From assembly GCF_009834535.1 (NCBI RefSeq), contig NC_045697.1:41728001-41792000 (forward strand): a stretch of 64,000 bases of DNA, given 5' to 3'. A model generated the notes under the pieces. The model did not search any database, had not been told where the DNA came from, and was given only the letters and a program-made list of their open reading frames with translations. Positions 12,851 through 25,460 of the stretch are shown here, in pieces. A program made the translations under genes and the position numbers. Source of the DNA: Camelus ferus. Its lineage: Eukaryota. Positions within the stretch are counted from its first letter, which is position 1. Each line of letters opens with the position of its first letter.

Positions 12851-14779
12851 AAAATAAAGTAATATCCATCTATTTATCACCTATTTAAGGATGTATATAC
12901 GTACGTATGTGTATATGTATGTATGTATCTATCATCTGTCTGTCCATCTAATATCAATACTTGTGGGGCAGAGTTAAAAAGAATATAGAAATGTATAATT
13001 CTAAACAGGAATAATTAAGAATTAACTGGAACATCTACGTCTTATATTTCTGTGGCTTGGCCATGAGCCAGCTCCCTTGCCCTACTTTATTACAGGCCCC
13101 TCCCTTTGCTTGTTACATGGCTAGAAATGCTAAAGTGAGAGAGGCCAATGAGATGATATACTGTTGGAGGGTTCAACTGTTTTATCGAAGTCCATGAAAT
13201 GCACCACAGACTTGGAACATGAATGCATCACCATTGTTTTCATAAATGAATGTGTACATCTGCAGCCATTCAGAATAATGTATTTCCTATCTCAGTGCAA
13301 GTTCCGAGTGTTATCTCAGCAGCAGTTCAGAATTCTGGTAGCCAGTGGTTCCAAAAACGACATTCAGAAAGAAGAGTAAACTGATAAGACGATGACACCA
13401 GTTTTCTTCTTACTTAAACCTCCTGTCACTTGGCATTAAATAGGAGAATTCAAGCCAAGTTTCTGTTTCCAAGGAAGTAATTTCTCAATCTAACATATAA
13501 GTAGTATTTTTGTTTATATTTATTTTACATAGCTCTTAAAAATATGTGTCTTTTGGCTTAATAATTGATAAGTGGATGGGAAACATTAAAATAAAATAAG
13601 GTCAATTTTATATGTAATAAAGAAACCATGTGGGGTTTAGAGCCATGGAAGCAGTTGAAGCAGGACAAAGATTGATGCTCACAGACTGTGAGGATCTTAG
13701 AACAACTGCACAGGAAGAGGTCCACCACGGCCACAGCCTGGAACTGGGGCTCAGGCCACTGGAGGGGCTACTTCAGGCAGAACTGAGCCTCAGGCCTTCT
13801 CCTGACTGGAGCGTGCAGTGTTCGTCCCCTACACAATGCTGAAAGGAGAACATAAAAACAATCTGTTTCGTGGTTTTTTATGCCCCCAGTGAAAACATGG
13901 GGTGTGGTGACCTTCAGGTTTCCAGCACAAGGTTGTATCTGTGAGTCCTGGGCTCCACTCTCTGAACTCCTGCCTCTCGAGACCACGGAAAGCTGACGGG
14001 CAGGGGCACTGTCCACACGGGCTGCTTAGTCAAGGCCCCTTGTCTTGCCCAGGTTGCTTCCTTGAAGTTGCTAAGCAAACTTCTTGCCTTGGTCACCTTA
14101 TGAGAAGATGTCAATTGATACCAATTAGATTTCAGCACAATTGTTCCTTATAAATTATATTTTTTGCTCCCCATTTAGGGTACACTTTCTCTTGTCCACA
14201 TGAATACACTTCATGCCATCGCTTCTCTCAAAAAACCTCCCTGGAGTCCAATCTCAATAAAAGCCAAGACTTTAGATGATCCTGAAGGCTCTATGGTACC
14301 TCTCCGAGCTCCCTGCCCAGCCCATCTCACGGCATTTCCACTTGCCCTTCTCCCAGTACCTTCATGACTTCCTCTGTAACCTCCTACAAGGCCCTACGCT
14401 TAGAATTAGCCCTCACCAACACTTCTTAGCCGCTTCCCTGCTTTAGTCTTCTACTTAGCATGAGATCTGTTTCACTTATTCATTTGTCTCCTCCAGTGCA
14501 GTGGAAGCACATTCCATGGGGGCTGAGGTTTTGTCTGTTTCACTCACTGCTGAATCCTCAGGACCTGGGCCTGAGCCTGGCAGAGAGCAGACATCCACTC
14601 AAGCATTCAGCAATTGAAGGAATGAACAATAAAGAGCTGCTGAGCTCTACAACTTTTCTTTACCTTCATTTCATCCTCCTCCCATCAGTGAGAACAGACT
14701 CTATTTTCCATTCACCTCCACTCCCCACGCTCCTCTCCAGCCCTCTAACACCAATCCACACGTTAATTTACCACTAACA

Positions 14780-15000
14780 AGAGACAGCATTATTGAGCAC
14801 CTATTCTCTGCCGGGGACAATGTGCAATGATTTCTTACATGCTTTTGAGGTAGATACGACCAGAATTTAAAATTTTCACATTAGGAAGCTGAGACTCACA
14901 GAGATGAAGTGAACTTCCCTAAAATTGCACAGCTTACAGACAAATGGTGAAGCTAGGACTTGAACTTGGGTCTCTGACTCTGGAATCAGCATATTTAACC
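14780..15000 (-). mobile_element. MIR SINE
   Basis: attattgagcacctattc...ggaagctgagactcacagagatgaagtgaactt...ggacttgaacttgggtctctgactc. Confidence 0.7.
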
Positions 15001-15075
15001 CCCTGGGTGAGCCTGTCTCAGGGCAGGAGGCGGTCACACCCTCTGGGACAGAGAGGGGCTCCAGATCTGCCTCAC

Positions 15076-16153
15076 CTCTTTATCCTGGACTCATACTCTA
15101 TCTTCTGCTTGGTCATTTCCTGTTTCAGGCTGGACACTAAGCTATGCAGTGCACTGTGGTTGCTGGTGGTGTTGCCGACAAACGTCTCGCTGTTGTCGCT
15201 GCTGCTGGTGGCACGGCTACTTCGACCGCCCATACTCCTGCGGTCACTTTTGTTTTCATAGTCCCCGGGGTGGGAAAGGTCGTCCTGCGGGGGCCCATCC
15301 AAAATAGGGTCCTCAAAGTTCCCACCGTAAAAGTCTTGTTCCGGGCACGTGGTGGTGGACGAGCGACAGGAGTTGGAGTTCTCCGGAAGGGAGATTTCGC
15401 AGGAGGAAGTGGACCAGGTGGCGCTGTCGACACTCTGTTTGTCGTCGAGGCTCAGCAGGGAGAACTGCTGGTGGACGTTATCATAGGTAGACAGCCTGTT
15501 GTGCTGGCCCGTCTCTCCCGCGTGCTCCTTCTGCTTGTTATCCCTCAGGGTCACGTAGCCATTGGGCAGCCAGCTCATGCTGCGCCCGTTAGCGGGGTTC
15601 CCGAGGGTATCGGTGTTCAAAATGCCCATCCGCACCGTTCCGTTCTGTACACTGTGGGTGCCCATTTTGGTACCAGACCCCTTCAGTGAAGAGGTCCTTC
15701 TGGCCTGTAAGCTCCCATTGGGAGTGGTTTGGGTTTTCTCAAGTCCTTCTGCGTTGCCGCTGCTGAAGGACCCATTGGTGACTATCCCACTGCCCTTATT
15801 GAAGGCGGGATTCTTTTTGACCATGAGAGGGGGGCTCCTGGAGACGTCCAGCTTGTGAACGCTGTTCCTCGGGCTGTTGGTTTTGCTGCCTGATAGGGCT
15901 GTGGGGGATCCATTATCCACGCTGCTTCTCTGGGGAGACTCGGACTTGTCCCAAGAGCACCGCCTTACAGGACTGTCCTTGGTATTGTTGTTCTCCTTGT
16001 TCTGTAGCTGACCCACGGTGATTTTCTTCTGAACATCATTGTTGTTGTTGCTCACTCCATCCTGGGGCTTGCTCTGCAGTTCTGCATCTTTGGGGAAGAG
16101 GTGATCATGCTTGCTAATCATCATTGACATCAACTGTTGGACCACTACAGTGC
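15076..16153 (-). CDS. ARHGAP24: ARHGAP24 large coding exon (1078 nt), Ser/Thr-rich linker and start of coiled coil
   Basis: Core of ORF 15072..16250. Acceptor ttccag|GC, donor AG|gtgagg. Translates (G)TVVVQQLMSMMISKHDHLFPKDAELQ...LKQEMTKQKIEYESRIK(S). Phase 1 in, phase 2 out. Confidence 0.97.
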
Positions 16154-16289
16154 CTGGAATTGCACAGAAAACAAAGTAGTATGAGTGAAACAGTTTTGAT
16201 TTCTTTCCTATTTTGAATATGACTCTTAAAGAGCCATGTACAGGTGACATTCAGCTTTATTATTGGCAGAGCCAAAATATATTCTTAAT

Positions 16290-16530
16290 GATGATAATAG
16301 CAATAGCTGATGAGATTTCTTGAGCACTTAACATGTGCCATGAAATGTACAAAGAACTTTACTTTTGTTAGTTTAGTTGGGTTTTAAAACAAATCTATGA
16401 ATAGACACTGTTATTATCACTGTCTTATAAAAGGTAAGTAACCTGACCAACGTCCCAAAGCTATTAAAGTGAAGATGCAGGGCTTGAACCCAGAAGTAGC
16501 CAGTTCTGAAGACCAGGCTCTCTCTTAATT
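16290..16530 (-). mobile_element. MIR SINE
   Basis: taatagcaatagct...tgagcacttaacatgtgcca...aggtaagtaacctgacc...gggcttgaaccca. Confidence 0.6.
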
Positions 16531-16763
16531 GTCATACAACGTTTCTTTGAAGTTTGACATTTAACTATGAGAAATCGTTCTCTGAGGAGGTCACTGTGAT
16601 CTCTCATCTGACACCTGCCTCAAATCAAGACATTTTAGTGGCATCCTGAAGTGGAAACCCATACAATCTCTAGTAGATATATGATCTGTCTTTATAATAC
16701 AGCAAGACAATGAAGTTCCATACAACTTTTGCTGATCATTAAAAAGCTTCAGGGCATTTTAAA

Positions 16764-18805
16764 TGACATCAGCCAAAATGGTGTAATAAAGAACTACACA
16801 AATCCTTGCCTTCATAAAAGTAACTGACAAAAACATTCTTAATCAACATTTTCAGAAAGCTGGAAATAAACTAAAGGCTTGAAATCTGGAGAGTGTTTAT
16901 TCAAGAAAAATTATTGAATCTTGGTAGAGAACAGCAAGCTCCGTGGTGTTTTAATTCCTCCTCCTCTCCCTAACTCTGTAGTAGTCTTGAAAACCAACAG
17001 CCCACAATCACAAAGGGAACCAGCAGTCTGGCAGCAACTAGAATGGGAAAAGCAGGGCTGGAGCCCCTTCAAAGCCCCATTCCCAAATAACTGTCATTGT
17101 TTGACTTGTTTGGCGGTTCTCTGGAAGATGCCACTCAAAAGGCTTGTCTTCATTTTATCTGACTAGAAATTTGACCAGTATGAACAACATTTTTCTCAGG
17201 AGCATTTGTCAAAAGTAATTAGGGGCACTTTCATTTAAAATCATGGCTGCTTGAAGCAAGTGTATAACAGTTGAGCTAAACAATAAGTTAACCCAAAAGC
17301 TTAGGAGGAAAATCTAAGGAATGAGATTTCCATAGGAGGTGTTGAAAAACTCTGTTATATTCCTGAGAACCTAGAAGATTTCATGAATGCTTAAGATTCT
17401 GTGCATGCCCAGGTCTGTGTGCATGCTCAGGCAATAACTGAGAATTCCCCCAGCTCTCACCTCTAGCTGATCTTGAGGTTCTGCATAAGCAGGAACTGAA
17501 GGCTAAGGCAAAGCTGTAAACCATCTGGTTGAGTGTTGAAGGTTTGCCCCAACATGCACTCAGGGCCCCTTGATAAAGAATGGGAGACTTATTGGCTCTA
17601 GCCTTTTAATCTATGCTCAGTCCTTAGCTGACCACTAAGCAAACCAAGCAGAGACTTCAATGGCACAGATGGCAAATGACATAGACTTTATAGAATTAGT
17701 CCAGAAAAGTTACTAAACAAACAACAAACAGCAACAACAACAAAGGGAGGGTGAGAGTCTTATATCCAGTGTTCCCACATTATTATATTATTAAAAATGT
17801 CTAGTTTTGAAACAAATAATGAGGCATGTAAAGAATAAATAAAGTATAGGAAAAAATAGACTCTGAGGAAACTGAGACATTGAACTCATTGGCTAAAGAC
17901 TTTAACTTTTTCAAATGTGCTTTCATAAGTAAATGGAAACCATGTTTAAAGAAACCAAAGGAAAATAAGAGCAATGGCTCACCAGATACCAATAAAGAGA
18001 TTGAAAATATAGAAAAGAATCAGGGGGAAGGGAAATAGCTCAGTGGTACAGCACATGCTTAGCATGCATGAGGTTTTGGGTTCAATCCCCAGTACCTCCA
18101 TTAAACATAAACATAAAAATAAATGTAAATAGAAATAGAAATATATGAATCAAATAGATATTCTGGAGTTGCAAGTTACAATAATTGAAATGAAAAAATC
18201 AGTAGAGGGGATCAACAGCAGACCTGAGCAGGCAGAAGAAAGGATCAGCATACCTGAAAACAGGTCAATTGTTGTTATTCAGTCTGAGTAACAGAAAGGA
18301 AAAGGAATGAAGACAAATGAGCAGAGCCTCAGAGACCTGTGGGACACCATGAAGCATACCAGCACAGGCATAATGATACCAGAAGGAAAGTAGAAAGAGA
18401 AATGAGCAGAAAGAATATTTGAAGAAATAGTTGCTGAAATCTGATGAAAAACATGAATCTATACATTCAAGAAACTCATCAAATTCCAAGTAAGGTAAAG
18501 ACAAAAGGATTCACACCTTGACCCATCATAGTCAACTGTCGACAAAGAGAGAACCCTGAAAGCAGCAAGAGAGACACAACTCATGCATAAGGGATTCTCA
18601 ATAAGATTAACAGCTGACTTCTCATCATCTCTCATTGCTAGAAGGCAATGGGATGAAATTTTCAAAATGTTGAAAGATAGTCAAGCAAGAAGTCTATATC
18701 CAAAAAACCTATGCTTCAAAAATGAGGGAGAAATAAGACATTCCTAGTTAAGCAAAAACTGAGAGAACTGTTCACTAGCAAACCTGCTCTTTAAGAAATA
18801 TCAGT
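16764..18805 (+). mobile_element. Old L1 (L1M4-like) 5' UTR + ORF1, 3'-truncated, bounded by an 18-bp direct repeat
   Basis: Starts gacatcagccaaaatgg (L1M 5' terminus type). ORF1 remnants include gagcaggcagaagaaaggatcagc, cagagcctcagagacctgtgggacaccat and ctgaaagcagcaagaga. gcttcagggcattttaaa occurs at 16746-16763 and 18806-18823. Confidence 0.8.
18023..18140 (+). mobile_element. Young tRNA-derived SINE (camelid vic-1-like) inserted in L1 ORF1
   Basis: ggggaagggaaatagctcagtggta (A box)...gggttcaatcccc (B box)agtacctccatt plus A-rich tail; imperfect TSD ending in gaatca. Confidence 0.85.
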
Positions 18806-20094
18806 GCTTCAGGGCATTTTAAACAAAGAGAAGACCTTCAAGGAAGAAAACAATTCTCTTATATAGATAAAAACCTATGGTTCTCATTTGATCCTCGTAT
18901 TTTTATTATTCACTGTAAAGTATGAATTAGAAGTCAATATCTTACAAATTTCAGACAGTAAAAATAATGCAGTCAGCAGTGGCTAGAAAGGTTAATCTTT
19001 TATAAAAAGCAGTAATACACTTCTTAATAATCAGTGGACTTATTAGGTTTTATAGTGTATTAGCTGAAATCTCAAAATACATTTTATGTATTCCTCACTG
19101 ACTTACAAGTTGGATGCTCCCACCCATTAGAACAGGCAGCCACCACTAACTAGGCTTCTAAATTAGTTTCACAACTTTGGATGTCCCAACTCCCTAAGAA
19201 TCTTTTTAACTGTTATTTTTATTCATATACCCACAATAAAGCACTAAAAGCTAATGCAAGCATTAGTTATTTTTGCTTTGGCTTGAAATATATTAATGTG
19301 GTGTGTTAACTGTGCTTATATCATCTTGATAAAAGCTCCTAAGAGTAATCTCTGATAAATAAATGCAGGGAAACTAATTTTAGTTAGTAAATATAATCTT
19401 TCTGTAAAATACTTATATAAATTTGGTGGAGAAAATGATAAGTGCTTTTGACAATGTAGATTTCTACTGAAACACCTGCCAACTAGCTGTTGGAGAGTAG
19501 AATGTAGAGAATACATTTTTTTCTAATTTTGAATTTTTTAATGCACAAAAATAATGTCCCAGAAACAGAACAGGTGTTGACTTATTAACGATGAAGCACT
19601 ACATAAAGAAATCCCCTGCTCACTTAGTAAATAGGAAAATAGTGTAAATAGATGTGAAAGGAGGTAAACACTTCAGGATTAAATGCAAACCCTAAAGTTG
19701 TATACAGCATTCGTATATGACTTATTATCTCATAGCAATATTATTTTCATATTGATATAAATGACATTTATATTTACTGGTAAGATGCTTTTGACTCATA
19801 AATTAAACAAAAATGCGGAAGAGGTAGTTAACCAATGCAAGATGAGAAAAAGGTCAGTGGCCTGACCTGGGTGGGATGAGGCCACTCGTTAGCTTAAAGC
19901 AACACTTGGGCAAGATTTGACTCTGATTATAACGATTATAATTCAAAGTCAAATTTCAAATGGGAAAAAATACATTATATCCATCTGTATCCTGTGCACT
20001 CCTGTAACTACGCAAAACCTCTAACATATTTAGATCAGGAATCTGCAATATGTCAGGTTTGATACTGGCCAATGCTGCTCAAACATTTATGTTC

Positions 20095-20325
20095 ATACAA
20101 ATTATCTGGAATTTCTATTAAATTATAGGTATTGGGAGGGGCATGAGATTTTTCACATTTCTAATCAGCTCCCAGATGACACCAGCAATAACAGAATAGA
20201 AGCACTGGCATCACCTGGAAGCTTCAAAATTTTAGGACCCACTGTAGACCTTCTGAATCAGAATTTGCATTTCAGCCAAATCCCCAGGTGATTCCTGTGT
20301 GTGTTAGAGTCTGAGAAACTGTGTT
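20095..20325. mobile_element. MER5-family hAT-Charlie DNA transposon remnants
   Basis: gcatcacctggaagctt...gaccttctgaatcagaatttgcattt...tccccaggtgattc...agtctgagaaactg. Similar remnants at ~35330-35490 and ~43575-43780. Confidence 0.6.
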
Positions 20326-21619
20326 AGGTGGAAGTGTTTCACTTACATCTTCTAAATTAAGTTTCTCATAAGGCTGTGAGACAGGACTTAGCATTGTTCA
20401 GATGAGAAAGTTGAGGTTCAGAGAGGTTATGGTTTTGCCTATGGCCACATAGATGATGAGTGACCAGGGTGAAATGTGATACTTCATCTTCTCACTGTTA
20501 AGTTATGCACTTGTCTTAATATATTTCAGCTGTTGGATTTAAAACTGTAGTAATAATAAATAACCTTGGTGTTGTTCTAAATAAGAAACTAAACAAAAGA
20601 GAACTATCTATTGAATCATCATCAATTATTACGGAGCTGTGGAAGCAAAAAGACAATGAAATTAACAGTATTATATATCCATCTATTCCCTTTTAGTAAC
20701 CTCTGAATTTGTCATCCTATTTTCAATGCATGTAGCAATGAATCTGAAGAAAATATTTTAGCATAGTTAATGGCTGTCAACACTGTCACTATCGTGTACT
20801 GTGTTTGAAGACATGGGCTCTTAGTTCTAGCTTGCTATCTGCCCGTATAACAGACACACTTTCAAATGTTAGCAGCCTCTATGGTATAGGACTCTGCCTA
20901 GTACTCTGCCTATTTTGGGAAAATGGAGCTTTTCCCCATCACTGGAATATGCCATTTGAAACATCACTGTTTTTTTTTTAATCATAGCTGTGAACTGTGT
21001 GGGGCATTTAATTAATGGAAGATAGACACCCCAAGGTCTCCATGATGAGTCTGTGAACAGCCAGGCCAACATACACTTGCCACGATTGTGAAGTGAGTGT
21101 CAGGGCCTTAGAGATTTAGAAGTATCTTTCTTTTACCTTAGGAGGCTTTGCTTTCATTTAGTCTCCAGAATTATAAATGACAGTAGTTCCTTGTAAAGGG
21201 ACTTTGTTTCAATTTTCATAGCCATTTAGGACAGACTAGCCTGGTAGTGGTGATGATGTGTGTGTCTTTATATGCAGTCTTTTCTTCCTTCGTAATCCAT
21301 CCTCTCTGTCATTCTCTTCCTTAGAATACTAATGATAAACAGGAAGCCCAAACAGTGAGGTCAGAGTGGTTACGATCACCAGTCCATTCTGAAGAGTCCA
21401 AGCAGACTGGGGAGTTCCACTGGGCTACATGTTCCAGCAAGTCCCCCAGGCTCATATAATTATATACACATTGAATTTAAATCCCATATTATGGGTACTT
21501 TTCTTCATAAGAGTTGGATAAGAATTCAATTTTCCTTTGAAGGCACCTAGGCACTTTAAAATACATACATATATACACACACATATATGGCAGCACTCTA
21601 GTAAATGTAGATTCAGTTA

Positions 21620-22500
21620 GTGGTTTTTTGCAATGAATAACCTTGCATATGTTTCATTTTTAGCACATGTACACGTTATCTGTAAGGTATATGATATATT
21701 TTGACAAATGACAGTCCTGAAAACACCACCTAATCGTTAATATAGATAATTCCCTCGTGCCCCTTTGAAGCCAATCCCGTACCCTTACCTCCTGTCCATG
21801 GCAACCACTGATCCACTTTCTGTCACTGTATCTTTTTCTTTTCTAAAATTTCATATAAATGGAATTATATAGTATGAAGTCTTCTGTGTGTAGGCATTAC
21901 TCACTTAGCATAATGCTTTTGTCATTTATCCATATTGTTATCCATGTGTCAGTAGTTCATTCTTTTATTGCTGACAGTATTCCATTTTATGGATGTATCA
22001 ATATTTTTTATCTATTCAACAATCGATAGACAATTAGTTTTCAGACTGGAGCTATTTTGAATAAAGTCCGCATTGACTACAAGTCTTGGGTGAGCATATA
22101 TTTTCTTTTTTCTTGGGTAAATACTTAGCACAATGCTCTGCTGGGGCTTATGGTTAGTGAATAATTAAGTTGATAAAAACTTGCCTAATACGTGCAAAAT
22201 GGCTCTAACATTTTGTATTTCTACCAGCCAAACTTAGTATTTTCAACCTTAACTTTATACTTTGTAGAGGATGTGTAGTGGTGCCTCATCATAGTATAAA
22301 TTTGCATTTACTTAATGACTAAAGATATTGAGCATTTTTCTTTGTTATTTGTTATTTATTTATCTTCTTTGATGAAATTTCAAATTCAGATCTTTCACTC
22401 ATTTTCACTGTGTTCATTGTCTTATTATTACTGTATGAGTTCTTTATATACACTTAAAACAGGTTATTTATTCAGATACTTGATTTGAAAATCAATACCA
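21620..22500 (-). mobile_element. Old L1 3' end (L1MB/ME-type)
   Basis: ggcaaccactgatccactttctgtcact; tttcatataaatggaattatatagtatg; cacttagcataatg; ttgcatttacttaatgactaaagatattgagcattttt. Confidence 0.75.
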
Positions 22501-22797
22501 GTTATGTCTGGGTCTTTCTATCAGATAATTTTTCTCCTGGCTATCGTTCATATTCTTCTGATTATTTGCATGCTGGTTGTTTTTAAGTGAATGGAAAATA
22601 GTGTGAGCTTTAGAATTTTTAAAGCTTTAATTTTGAAAAAATATCTTTAAATTATGCTGGACTTTTTTCTGGCATACATTTAGGTGTTTGAAGATAAGTT
22701 GGATTTTTTTTTTGACACTTATAGGCTTTATTTTGATCCATGTCCTTTTGAATTGCATAGTTTCTAATGAGAAATCTTTAGAGCAGTTTAGGTTTTT

Positions 22798-23167
22798 TTT
22801 TTTTAACTTTTTTTATTGATTTATAATCATTTTACAATGTTGTGTCAAATTCCAGTGTAGAGCACAATTTTTCAGTTATACATGAACATATATATATTCA
22901 TTGTCACATTTTTTTCTCTGTGAGCTACCACAAGATCTTGTATATATTTCCCTGTGCTATACAGTATAATTTTCTTTATCTATTCTACAATTTTGAAATC
23001 CCAGTCTGTCCCTTCCCACCCCCCGCCCCCTTGGCAACCACAAGTTTGTATTCTATGTCTATGAGTCTATTTCTGTTTTGTATTTATGCTTTGTTTTTGT
23101 TTTTTTAGATTCCACATATGAGCGATCTCATATGGTATTTTTCTTTCTCTTTCTGGCTGACTTCACA
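22798..23167 (-). mobile_element. Young 5'-truncated L1 (370 bp) with perfect 16-bp TSD, inserted in an older L1MC-like element
   Basis: TSD agcagtttaggttttt at 22782-22797 and 23168-23183, followed by aa (TTTT/AA endonuclease site). Poly(T) at left; L1 3' UTR motif tagattccacatatgagcgatctcatatggtatt. Confidence 0.9.
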
Positions 23168-24362
23168 AGCAGTTTAGGTTTTTAACAGTTTTAGGCTTCA
23201 TCGATGAACCAATATTGATACATTATTATTATTAATTAAAGTTCATAGTTTATACTAGAAATCACTCTTTGTGAGATCTGGGTTTTGACAAATGCATAAT
23301 ATCATGTACCCACCATTACAGTATCATACAGAATAGTTTCATGGCCCTAAAATTACTTTGTGCTATACCTATTCCTCCTTCTTTTTCTCCCCAAACCTCC
23401 ATTGAATCATTAGAATTTCTTTTAAAAATTTTATAGGAACTGGTCCATAATTGTAACATTATTACCAAGGTAATACCCTTCTGAGGACTCTACACAATGC
23501 CTAAGTATCAAGATCTTCTACTCTGGTTGTGGGAAACACAATTATTTCAAGCTTGGTATGAGGGCCCGGGAAGGGCCCAGACCACTGATTTCTGGTACTT
23601 CCCCCTCCCCCCAGAGTAGTGTAGTGTCCTTGCATGCAAGCATAAATCAACCCTCAGGCAAAGACTTGAGGGATACCCACTGCAGATCTCCCAATAACCT
23701 CTGTGTCTACTTCTCTCTTTTCTGCTGCTTACTTGGATTTCCCATCCTCTAATCTTACTCCTTCAGCTCAGCAAGACCTGTGCATCAGTGGTACTACTGA
23801 TGGCCACAGGTAAGAAATGTACCTTGAGGCCTTGAGGCCTGCTGGGCATAAACAGAGGTAGCAGTTCACCGTAGAAGAGAACTGGAGGCATTTTGTAATT
23901 AAAAAAAATCAGAATTTCTCCATCTTTCAACCCAATGTAAATAAGCAGCATTATTTTATAGAGGACTGTATTTTTCTGCCCCTTGAAATCTGACAGATAA
24001 AACCAGAATTAATAAAAAAATATACTAACTTAAAATAGTAACTATTTGAACTTTCTGAGAATTTGCATTGGCCTCAAAAAGTGAATTATATTTTTTTGGT
24101 TCTTGTGTGATACTTTACAGATGATTTATGGAAGTTCTTATAAAACTACTGAGGAATCATTTAGTAAGTTATGTTTAGTAAACTCCAAAATAAAATACCT
24201 GACTCTCAGAGAAGATTTTCCATGTTAAGAACTTGAGTCCATAAATGGAGTTACCATGGATTCACTTATTTCCCTAGATTCCTTACAGGAAAGTGGAGTC
24301 AGGGCAACCAAGAGACAGCTGACTATTCTTCTTATGAGAGTGTAAGATAGTCATTTACTTAC

Positions 24363-24484
24363 CCTCCATAATGGTCAAAGGATCTTCCACTTTGGGGCGC
24401 AGGATATTAGGGCCAAAGACAGTGGCCAAGTTCTGCACACTCATTTTGTTAATTCCCGAATAGGACTGTACTTCATCCAAGAAC
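24363..24484 (-). CDS. ARHGAP24: ARHGAP24 coding exon (122 nt), end of RhoGAP domain
   Basis: Acceptor caacag|G, donor GAGG|gtaagt. Translates (R)[40 protein letters not shown](G), with the RhoGAP NKM..NLA.VFGP motif. Phase 2 in, phase 1 out. Confidence 0.97.
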
Positions 24485-25249
24485 CTGTTGGGTATGAGTA
24501 CGAACAAAACACAATGGGGTCAAATTTGTCAGTAGAAGAGAAAGGGTTACTGGGAAATCTATGAACCAGAAGATGTTCAAAGATGATTATAAACACAAAA
24601 TTATTTAGAAAATCAAACATCTCTCAGTCAAATGTGGACAAAATTTATTGCAAATTATTAAAGATCAAACTCAGAAAGGGTCATATCAAACATCTGCTCC
24701 GGCCTGGCTTGGCTTGACTCGGTTTCCCTTGTCAGTCACAGGAACAAGTGTGTTTGGATGATGCAAAGGTGGACTTGAGATCCAAGAATATGGGTTTCTT
24801 TCCAATCTCTAAATACAGTGTTAAATTTATATACGTATTAATTCAAAAATTATAAACAAGATCATCTGGTACAATCTCTCATTTCAGAGAGGAGGATTCA
24901 ATCCTCTTGGTGGAGTAATTTGAGAGCTTCAAATTTGTAGCCTGTTAAAAATAAGATCCAACATGGTTTAAATTAAAACCTCAGTTCTACTGATATGAAA
25001 AATTGCAAGCACAAATTTTTTTAACTGGTTAGGTGCCAAAGAATAAGAGGCATGAAATGGTCCTTTCCCCGAATGATTTTAGTAGGAGGGACTATTTTTA
25101 TAATCTTCCAGCTTTTGTTCACTCCCCATCCTCTCTTCATTTCTACAAGAACTTCTATTGCTTCATGGCTTACTAATTGTACTGAGGAGACAAAGAAGCA
25201 ATAAAACATTTTAAAAAAAAGTATTTTATGTGCTATTTTAAAAAAACTA

Positions 25250-25460
25250 CATCATATGTGTCAGTCACTGTGCTAACTGATTAAATTCTCAAGGCGTCTC
25301 TGGGAGGTAAATACTATTATTATCTCCACTTTACAGATGAGACACTTTAGGCACCAGAGAGGTTAAAAATCTCCAAGGACACAGAGTTAATAAGTGACAG
25401 AGCTGAGCTCTGAACCCCAGTGATCTGACCCTCGGGTCTGCACTCCTGACTACTATACCT
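25250..25460 (-). mobile_element. MIR SINE
   Basis: ggaggtaaatactattattatctccactttacagatgag...gagaggttaa...acagagctgagctctgaacccc. Confidence 0.75.

Noticed and set aside
15144..15858. Antisense ORFs 15144..15689 (181 aa) and 15562..15858, and alternate-frame ORF 15137..15433
   Set aside because: Shadows of the GC-rich large ARHGAP24 exon; no recognisable domain or independent gene structure.
16154..16250. N-terminal extension of the 392-aa ORF (MSPVHG...CAIP)
   Set aside because: Intron sequence upstream of the acceptor at 16154-16155. The same applies to the extensions of ORFs 9938..10258 and 29147..29452.
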